Under the pieces are notes generated by a model, which ran no database searches, had not been told where the DNA came from, and saw only the letters and a list, made by a program, of their open reading frames with translations. From assembly GCA_013287335.1 (NCBI GenBank), contig JABDDZ010000003.1:1104-54776 (forward strand): a DNA stretch of 53,673 nucleotides, given 5' to 3'. This stretch comes from Chlamydiota bacterium (lineage in GTDB: Bacteria; Chlamydiota; Chlamydiia; Chlamydiales; JAAKFR01). Shown piece by piece: positions 46,620 through 53,673 of this stretch (within the stretch, counting starts at the first letter, position 1; each line of letters opens with the position of its first letter). The position numbers were made by a program, and so were the translations under genes.

Positions 46620-49409
46620 TTGAGATATATTCTTTTCTTTGTTTTTGCCTCGATCTGCCTACCTCTTCACGCCACATTTGCAAAAAATGATGAGGAAGCT
46701 CTTTTGGTAAGGAGAATCAATGAATTTTGGCATGATAGGGAATACCCTTTTGCTAAAGTTCAGATTGAAGAATTTCTTGCTAAGTTTCCCAAAAGCGATT
46801 CCGCCAATACATTCTATGCAATGCTTGGCAATATTTCCATGGAAGAAAAAGATTATGAGAGGGGCTTAAATAATTTTGATAAGATCAACTCTTGCTCACT
46901 TGCCCGGCAAGTACGTTTAAAAAGATTCCACTGCCTCTATCAACTTAAAAAATATTCTACTCTTCAAGAACTCCTGCCAAATATTTTAAAAGAAAATCCC
47001 CCTAAAGCCGAGAGCGATCTCTGCCATTTTTATTACGCAGAAGCTCTTTTTCGTAAAGCCGCAACTATTTACAATGAGGGAGAGAAAGAATTCATCTTAG
47101 CTAAAGAGTATTGCCTCGAGGCAATAACCCATTATGAAGAGCTGGTCTATGGGCCTTTCGCTTCACATGCAAAAATTGCACTCGCTGAAATCTATCGACT
47201 TCTTGGAGAGTATGAGAGGGCAGCTATCATGTACCTCGATCTAAGCTCTCTCCCCGGTAGCGATTTTAATGAATCGCTTCTTCTCCATGCCGGGAAGATG
47301 CTGAGTAAATTTGATAAAGATAGAGCCATTGCTACCTTTTCACATCTTGCTCGTTTTGGAGTGAAACAACAGGAGGAGGCTGCTCTTCTTTGGGCAAGGC
47401 TCTTATTTCAAGACAAAAGATGGGAGGAGCTTGCCTTAAATCAGGAGGAAATTTTTAACTATCTTTCGAGCAAAACCCGAGATGAGCTCCATTATTTTCT
47501 TGGAGAGGCTCGCTTTCATTTAGGGGAATTTGCCCCCGCAGCGCATCATCTCGAGATCTTTTTGCAAAAAGCCGGACTCTGCTCACAAGAAGAGAATGCC
47601 CTCCTCACCTTAATGAAGGCTTATAGAGAGCTAAAAATGGTTGAAAAGCTTGAAGTTTGCTGGGCGCGGTATCTCTCTCATTATGGAAATGACCCTGCGC
47701 ATCTTCCGGAAAAAACAAGAGCTCAGTTAATGCGCGCCCTTGCTCTTAAAGAATGGGCTCTTGCCGAGGGTAAAAAAATGGATAGGGCGATCGCAGAGTT
47801 TGATGCAATCTTTTCGGAGTGGGTAGAAGCGCCCCGCGAGGAGACTAAAGAGATCGCCGAGATTGCCCTAGCAGAAAAAACCCTCCTCTATTTTCGATTC
47901 AAAAAATGGAGGGCCTCCTATGCAGCTGCGGGCGATTACCTCTCCTATTTCCCAAATGGGCATAATCAAAAAATGGTTTGTAAATTCTCCCTCTCCTCCC
48001 TTCTTGAGCAGATCTATCTTGTACAGACCCAGGGAAAGCTCCAAGAAGAGAGGCACCTTTTGGAAACTCTTGCAAGCGATTTGGAAAGAATCAATAGTAA
48101 CTCCTCTTCTTTTACTGAAAAGGAAAAAGAAGAGAGTAGGCAACTCTTGGCAAAAGCTTATTACACAATTGGAAAGAGCAGTGAGGCAATCTCAATTCTT
48201 CATACCCAGCTGATGAGCAATCCCAGCTCTCAAAAAAGCGCAGAGTTGCATTTTCTCTTGGCTCTCTGCTATCTCAAAGAAAACCGCTCTCCCAAAAAAG
48301 CGATCTTTTATGGAGAGAATGCCCTTGCGCTTAATGAGAGCGGCGCTCCCTTCCCCGAAGAGCGAATGCTCCATCTTGGCCTTTTTAATGCCTACCTTGC
48401 TCTAAAAAACCAGATAAAAAGAGAGGAGGAGAGAAAAGCGGCAGACCACCTCTTTTTAGCAATTTCTGCATTTCCACTTGAAGAGAGTACCCGGCCCATT
48501 TCTCTTGAAAACCTTCTCTGGCTTTCACGATTTTACTATAGAGAAGTGATGGAAGGTTCAAAGAAAGCAGGAGAAGAAACGATTGTAAAAACAGTATTTA
48601 CCCTTGAGCATCTTCTGGGAAGAGACAAGGATCCTGTAAACTTTACCCCAAACCTTCCCTTCTTGGAAGAGGAAGCGCTTAAACTTGCAAAGATCTACGC
48701 TATCAATGAAGAGCTGCAGAAAGAAAAAGCTCTTCTCTTGGCTCTTTTAGCTTTTGAAAATAATCATAGAGCTACCTGGAAATATTATTTCTACATTAAG
48801 CTTGCTCTCGCAGATTGCTATCTAAAAAATGGGGAGATAGGAATGGCCCTTCCCCTCTATTCTCAACTTGAAATGGAGACTCCCGATGATAAGATCGAGA
48901 TCCTCTATAAAGCAAGATTAATGAGTGCCCGCCTGACTTTTGCAATGCTTCCCGAAGAGGAGAAAAATGAGGAGTCACCGGCGCTTCTTGAAATTTTAAA
49001 TAAGCTCAAAGAGCTTGTTTTACGAAAAAATTTAAGTTTAGAACCGATCCATCTGGAAGCTGCCATTGATTATGCCGATTTTTCTTCCCGTGGCTGTTCA
49101 AAGCGAGAAGAGATCCATCTTGCCCTCCTTAGAGTTGCAAAAGAGGAATTCACAAAGCAGGATGACATACATTCTAAGGACTACCAGGCAAGTTTTGCCA
49201 TCTACCCTGAGAAAGCAGCAGTCTATCAAGCCTATTTGCGCTACATCGATGCAAAAATCCTGCTGCTTGAGGGAGAAATTGCTTTAAGCCATGGAGAGAA
49301 TTCCCTAGGAAAAGGAAAAATAAGCGCTGCGCGGGCCCTTTTTTCAACCCTCCGCCAAAAACGCTTTGCCCTTTCTCTCTATTTAAACGATAAAGTGGGC
49401 CGGGTTTAA
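46620..49409 (+). CDS. Large exported TPR-repeat protein
   Basis: 929 aa with signal peptide; TPR-like FLAKFPKS, YFLGEARFHLGEF..A and LAKAYY. Confidence 0.8.
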   Translation: MRYILFFVFASICLPLHATFAKNDEEALLVRRINEFWHDREYPFAKVQIEEFLAKFPKSDSANTFYAMLGNISMEEKDYERGLNNFDKINSCSLARQVRLKRFHCLYQLKKYSTLQELLPNILKENPPKAESDLCHFYYAEALFRKAATIYNEGEKEFILAKEYCLEAITHYEELVYGPFASHAKIALAEIYRLLGEYERAAIMYLDLSSLPGSDFNESLLLHAGKMLSKFDKDRAIATFSHLARFGVKQQEEAALLWARLLFQDKRWEELALNQEEIFNYLSSKTRDELHYFLGEARFHLGEFAPAAHHLEIFLQKAGLCSQEENALLTLMKAYRELKMVEKLEVCWARYLSHYGNDPAHLPEKTRAQLMRALALKEWALAEGKKMDRAIAEFDAIFSEWVEAPREETKEIAEIALAEKTLLYFRFKKWRASYAAAGDYLSYFPNGHNQKMVCKFSLSSLLEQIYLVQTQGKLQEERHLLETLASDLERINSNSSSFTEKEKEESRQLLAKAYYTIGKSSEAISILHTQLMSNPSSQKSAELHFLLALCYLKENRSPKKAIFYGENALALNESGAPFPEERMLHLGLFNAYLALKNQIKREEERKAADHLFLAISAFPLEESTRPISLENLLWLSRFYYREVMEGSKKAGEETIVKTVFTLEHLLGRDKDPVNFTPNLPFLEEEALKLAKIYAINEELQKEKALLLALLAFENNHRATWKYYFYIKLALADCYLKNGEIGMALPLYSQLEMETPDDKIEILYKARLMSARLTFAMLPEEEKNEESPALLEILNKLKELVLRKNLSLEPIHLEAAIDYADFSSRGCSKREEIHLALLRVAKEEFTKQDDIHSKDYQASFAIYPEKAAVYQAYLRYIDAKILLLEGEIALSHGENSLGKGKISAARALFSTLRQKRFALSLYLNDKVGRV

Positions 49410-51205
49410 TGCAAAAACAGCTGCAAAAAAAACAAAAATTGATCCTCCTTTTTGCCTCTCTCTTAGCCCTCCTCCTCCATGCAGGATTCATCTACATCCT
49501 TTATGACTCTGCAATGCCCATGGGCTTTTACCCCCTCTCTAAAAATTCTTATCTCTCTTCCGTTCCAAACAGAAAAGAGGAGGAGGGGAAAAAGGATAGA
49601 AAGGTGGCTCTTGCTGAGATTTTTACGAAGATACAAAAAGTTCCGACTCTTTTGCCAGGGAAGGAGAATCTAGCCGATCTCTCCCCCGAGTTTGCCCCCC
49701 CTCCTGTCGTCTTCTTTGCAAATATCCCTTTGGAACTCCAGGAGAACTCTGCTGCCAAGCTTAATCGAGATCTTCCAATCGTTATTCTTGAAGAGGCAAA
49801 GAATATCAAGCTTGAGATTCCTGAGATGGAGTTATCTCTTGCCCTTCCTTTTCCCGCCAATCTCCTATTAGGCGAACTTGAAAAGGCAGCCTTAGGATTG
49901 CAAGGGGAGATTCCCTGCATGGAAGAGGAGCTCGCAGCAACCGGCCTTCAATATGGTATTGAGGAGCACTTGCCAGATATTGGAGAGGACTTTTTTTCAA
50001 CATCCGGTTTTCTATCGGAACAAAAAGCAGAGGCAACCTCTTGCCATGCTCTTTGTAATAATGGACAGCTTATAAATCAGATAGGCCCTAAAGGAGGACT
50101 CCCTGAAATCTGTCCTCCCCCTTTAGCAGATTCTCTCCCACTACCTGCTCCTAAAGAGGGGGCCTTCCCGGCAAGCGATTGTTTTGATATTGCCATAGAA
50201 TATAGCCCCAAAAGATCCCGGCCAGGTTATGTCTTTAAAATCACTCTTTCTCCCAAAAAAGATCTTTCCTTTAAAAGAATCACTCAAAATTTCTTCTTTT
50301 TGCTGGATAGATCCAATTCAATTGCCCGCTACAGATATCAAAAAATGCGAAGAGCCGTCTCTGAAGTTCTTACTCTCTTGCAGCCGGGAGACACCTTTAA
50401 TATCCTGGTCTTTGAGGCCAAAGTCGCCGCGCTCTCCCCAGAAAACTTGCCTTGGAGCCATGAAAATGTTGCCAAGGCGCGACTTTTTCTGGAAAGGCAG
50501 AGTCATGGGGGGATGTTTGCAACCACAGATCTTTATGCATCCCTTGGAAAAATCATCCCCAAAGCTGTCATAGATACGGAGATCAATACAGCAGTTTTAC
50601 TCTCGGATGGCGATACCTTTTTATCTTTGGATAAGCAGCGCAAGATGATTGGCTCTTGGACAGAGCAGAACGCTGGAAAGGTCTCTCTTTTCAGCATCGC
50701 AACAGGCGTTGGCAATAATTTACCACTTTTGGAACTACTCTCCACTTTTAATAAGGGAAAGCTCTTCTATGCTCCTGAACATGACCTCATCAAAGAACGT
50801 CTTTTCCAATTGATGAAGCTCATTAAAAACCCTATAGGTAAATCGATTACTCTTACTGCCGTCACCCTTGATAAAAAAAGTACCATTCTTCTGCAGCCAA
50901 AAAACAGCCGCCTTCCCGACCTTTATCAGGATCGTCCCTTTATTATCTATGGTTCAACCAATCGTCTTTCTGATTTCACCCTTTTCTTGCAGGGGCAGTA
51001 TTATGATTCAACTTTTGATATTAAAAAACTGATCTCTTTTAAAGAGGCAAGGGGAGGCACCCTCTCATTGGAAAGAGAGTGGACTCAACTTCTTGCCCAG
51101 GAATTTTTTGAAAGATACTTCAAAGATGGCAAGGAAAAGCATCTTGAGTCAGCCAAACAGCTTCTAAGCCCGCTAAATCTTCCCATCCCTTTTTTAAAGA
51201 GATAG
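49409..51205 (+). CDS. Membrane-anchored vWA domain protein
   Basis: N-terminal TM; MIDAS LLDRSNS, T and LLSDG; translationally coupled to the upstream gene (TAATG). Confidence 0.85.
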   Translation: MQKQLQKKQKLILLFASLLALLLHAGFIYILYDSAMPMGFYPLSKNSYLSSVPNRKEEEGKKDRKVALAEIFTKIQKVPTLLPGKENLADLSPEFAPPPVVFFANIPLELQENSAAKLNRDLPIVILEEAKNIKLEIPEMELSLALPFPANLLLGELEKAALGLQGEIPCMEEELAATGLQYGIEEHLPDIGEDFFSTSGFLSEQKAEATSCHALCNNGQLINQIGPKGGLPEICPPPLADSLPLPAPKEGAFPASDCFDIAIEYSPKRSRPGYVFKITLSPKKDLSFKRITQNFFFLLDRSNSIARYRYQKMRRAVSEVLTLLQPGDTFNILVFEAKVAALSPENLPWSHENVAKARLFLERQSHGGMFATTDLYASLGKIIPKAVIDTEINTAVLLSDGDTFLSLDKQRKMIGSWTEQNAGKVSLFSIATGVGNNLPLLELLSTFNKGKLFYAPEHDLIKERLFQLMKLIKNPIGKSITLTAVTLDKKSTILLQPKNSRLPDLYQDRPFIIYGSTNRLSDFTLFLQGQYYDSTFDIKKLISFKEARGGTLSLEREWTQLLAQEFFERYFKDGKEKHLESAKQLLSPLNLPIPFLKR

Positions 51206-51259
51206 TTTTCTTTTCCCAAAAAGAAGAGTCCAGCTATGGTAGAAAAAAAAGGATGAGCT

Positions 51260-51814
51260 ATGCATATCATTGGTGGAAAATATAAGAAAAAGACTCTCAT
51301 CTCTCCCGATAGCGAAGAGGTGAGGCCGACTAGCGGGAAATTGCGCGAAACAATCTTTAACATTTGCCAAGGATCTATTCTAGATGCAGAATTTCTCGAC
51401 CTTTTCGCAGGATCGGGGGCTGTCGGCCTTGAAGCATTAAGCCGTGGGGCGAAACATGCTACCTTTGTTGAAAAGAGCCGCCATGCGGCGAAAGTGATTA
51501 AGGCAAATATTGATGCACTTAAAGAGCATACCCACACAACACTCATCGCAGAAGATGCCTTTCAAGCCCTCCGGGGCTTTGCCGATGAGGGCCGTAAATT
51601 TGATATTATCTTTGCCGATCCCCCTTATCGGATGGGTTTTGGAATAAAAGTCTTGGAAGCGGTAGATTGTTTAGCCATTCTAAAGCCGGGTGGAGAGCTT
51701 TTCATTGAAGATGAGGAGTCTCCTCCAAATCTTGAATTCTCTTTAAACCATCTAGAACTTAAAAGCAGCCGCAAAGTCGGACGTACTCTCCTCCAGCAAT
51801 TCATAGCCAAATAG
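51260..51814 (+). CDS. rsmD: 16S rRNA m2G966 methyltransferase
   Basis: RPTSGKLRETIFN, LDLFAGSGAVGLEALSRGA and FADPPY. Confidence 0.95.
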   Translation: MHIIGGKYKKKTLISPDSEEVRPTSGKLRETIFNICQGSILDAEFLDLFAGSGAVGLEALSRGAKHATFVEKSRHAAKVIKANIDALKEHTHTTLIAEDAFQALRGFADEGRKFDIIFADPPYRMGFGIKVLEAVDCLAILKPGGELFIEDEESPPNLEFSLNHLELKSSRKVGRTLLQQFIAK

Positions 51815-51823
51815 ATCAATTAG

Positions 51824-52013
51824 AATTAAACGCAAAGACGCAAAGTCCCAAAGACGCAAAGAAAAATAGGAAAATAACAGGTAGGCCACGATGGGTAAGA
51901 TAGATTTATAATATTACTACCAATTTTTTTGTATATTAGAAGATATTATCCTTATCCTATCTATCCTGTTATTTCTTTTTTTTCTTTGGGCCTTTGCGCC
52001 TTTGCGTTTAATT
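51824..52013. repeat. 190-bp nested palindromic element (AATTAAACGCAAAG outer, AATAACAGG inner)
   Basis: Outer arms AATTAAACGCAAAGACGCAAAG / CTTTGCGCCTTTGCGTTTAATT; inner arms AAATAACAGG / CCTGTTATTT. Confidence 0.8.
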
Positions 52014-53504
52014 GGATTGGTGGAGACGAAGGTGGCTGCGTTTGCGTGCAAGGAAAAAGGTTGCAAGAAGGACAATGAAAAGCCAGGCAAAGCGAACCGA
52101 TTCGCTTATTCCAAATGGATTGGACAATTCTTTCCAAAGAGCGGCTATTAGGCTGAAAAAAAGAAGCGGCAAAACAAGATATTTCAAAGCATAGAGCGAA
52201 AAAGAGGCTCCATTTTTTGCCATCCAAATAGGATCTTTACGGATGGATTGAGAGAGGAGTAAAAAAAGAATAATCTCGGCAATGCCCCCAATAAGCATCG
52301 CATCGCCAAGTACCATGGGTGCGATGGCCCCAATTAAATGCTGCCCATTTCCCAAACAGAAAGGAACCGCAAGAGCGCCAATTAAAAGCATAGCAAAAGC
52401 GACTGCCGTCTTCCGTTTTTTTCGGAATTCTATCTCAAAATTTCCAGCCACACTCTCTACAATGGAAAAGACTCCTGTGATTCCTGCAATAAAGACGCAG
52501 AAGAAAAATATTGGGCCAATAATCCGGGAGAGCATCCCGCCAAATTGAGAAAGTATTGTTGGAAAGATCACAAAGCCGATTTCGAAAGCAGAATCACTTG
52601 TAATAATTGAAGAGAATGGCAGATCGGTTTTATGACTTAAATAACCAATCGAGCCGAAGATGACAAGGCCGGCAATAAAGGAGATCAGAAAATCTCCAAT
52701 TGCAACACGTACCATTGCCCTTTTAATGCTAAAAGAGGAGGGGTTATATCTTGAATAACCCGTCACAATTCCAAGTCCGAGTGATAAGCTAAAAAAGAGC
52801 TGCCCAAAAACATCTCTCCATAAAGTCCAGCTTTTGAGCTGGTCAAACTGAGGGATCAGATAATGTTTAAATCCAGTGGTGGCCCCTGGGAGAAAAAAAG
52901 TTGCAATCAGGAAGATGCCAATCAAGAGTCCTAGAAGGGGGAGAAAGAAGGAACAGAGCTTTTCTATGCCGGTCTGGATATTTTTTGCCAAGACTATCCA
53001 AGCAATAGCTACAACAATCAGGGTTGACAATAAGACAGGAGCTGCAATCCCCCCAATAATCTTTATACTTCCCGAGTCATGTAAAAAAGTATGTTTAAAG
53101 AAATAAGCGCTATCTGGGCCAATTGTTCCCGCAGCAGAGAAGTAGGTGTAAGCTACCGCAAAACCTGTGAGGACAATGTAAAAGCCTCCAATTGTGGCGC
53201 AGGTTAAGATAGCAAGCCAGCCAAACATTTTGCCCTTAATACCTGCAACAGTGCCCATTGCAGAAACAAGGGGTAGTTTCGTTCTCTGCCCAATCACCCC
53301 CTCAAGAAAGAGCATCGGCAATCCTACAATTAGATAGGCCAGAATATAGGGAATTAAAAAAGCTGCTCCGCCATTTTTATAGCAGTGAGCTGAAAAGCTT
53401 AGAATATTTGCAAAACCGACAGCCGATCCAATCATCGACCAGATAAACCCAGACTCTTTTTTCCAGGTACTCTCTTTAAAAGCATCCTGTTTTATGTTTG
53501 CCAC
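52008..53504 (-). CDS. Sodium-dependent NSS/SNF (LeuT-like) amino-acid transporter
   Basis: GSAVGFANI..F...YKNGGAAFLIPY, GQLFFSLSLG and FFCVFIAGITG; GTG start with AGGAG SD. Confidence 0.93.
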   Translation of the reverse strand: MANIKQDAFKESTWKKESGFIWSMIGSAVGFANILSFSAHCYKNGGAAFLIPYILAYLIVGLPMLFLEGVIGQRTKLPLVSAMGTVAGIKGKMFGWLAILTCATIGGFYIVLTGFAVAYTYFSAAGTIGPDSAYFFKHTFLHDSGSIKIIGGIAAPVLLSTLIVVAIAWIVLAKNIQTGIEKLCSFFLPLLGLLIGIFLIATFFLPGATTGFKHYLIPQFDQLKSWTLWRDVFGQLFFSLSLGLGIVTGYSRYNPSSFSIKRAMVRVAIGDFLISFIAGLVIFGSIGYLSHKTDLPFSSIITSDSAFEIGFVIFPTILSQFGGMLSRIIGPIFFFCVFIAGITGVFSIVESVAGNFEIEFRKKRKTAVAFAMLLIGALAVPFCLGNGQHLIGAIAPMVLGDAMLIGGIAEIILFLLLSQSIRKDPIWMAKNGASFSLYALKYLVLPLLFFSLIAALWKELSNPFGISESVRFAWLFIVLLATFFLARKRSHLRLHQSN

Positions 53505-53548
53505 ACCTTCTCCTAAATGTTATAAATTAAAATAAAAAATTTAACTTT

Positions 53549-53575
53549 AAAAAAAGAATTACCCCTTATGGGGTA
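53549..53575 (-). terminator. Possible intrinsic terminator upstream of the NSS transporter
   Basis: TACCCC-ATAA-GGGGTA followed by ATTC-T7 on the minus strand. Confidence 0.5.
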
Positions 53576-53673
53576 GGAAAAGGCAAGATGCGTGATTAGG
53601 GATCTTCACTTTGTTTCGCTCAAATTAAGGTGGGACAATTTTAACAAACCCAACCTTAATATTCAAGGGGCCA

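Noticed and set aside
53623-53636. AATTAAGGTGGGAC resembling a T-box
   Set aside because: It is on the strand opposite the transporter, lacks the ACC(G/A)CG continuation, and is explained as one arm of a hairpin.

Overview
Chromosomal segment of a member of the Chlamydiota, most likely an environmental (non-Chlamydiaceae) lineage. The call rests on an Npt-family nucleotide transporter, chlamydia-type gene blocks and many Inc-like ORFs. The housekeeping backbone is polA(partial)-coaE-rho, tRNA-Ser(GCT), npt2-like, dnaB, an unannotated 28-aa bS22/AURKAIP1-COX24-type protein, mnmG, lplA, sdhCAB, tatD-dsbD, tolQ-tolR-tolA-like-tolB-pal-LysM, an OmpR-family regulator, TPR/vWA proteins, rsmD and an NSS transporter. 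Accessory, host-interaction-type genes are inserted into this backbone: (i) a tandem array of three ~2-kb F-box effector-like genes, each with its own promoter, showing mosaic conserved and variable blocks; (ii) three clusters of small paralogous Inc-like proteins, plus a pair of larger Inc-like proteins sharing an unrecognised domain; (iii) a two-gene unit encoding a BclA-like collagen and a Cys-rich beta-barrel; (iv) a GH63-like glucosidase. Intergenic DNA holds several palindromic REP/MITE-like families, often nested in each other. One copy supplies the 5' end of a gene, one supplies a stop codon, and a Correia-like element abuts the mnmG start codon. No CRISPR array, integrase, transposase, reverse transcriptase or rRNA was seen. 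All homology calls are by eye and from memory, not from database searches.
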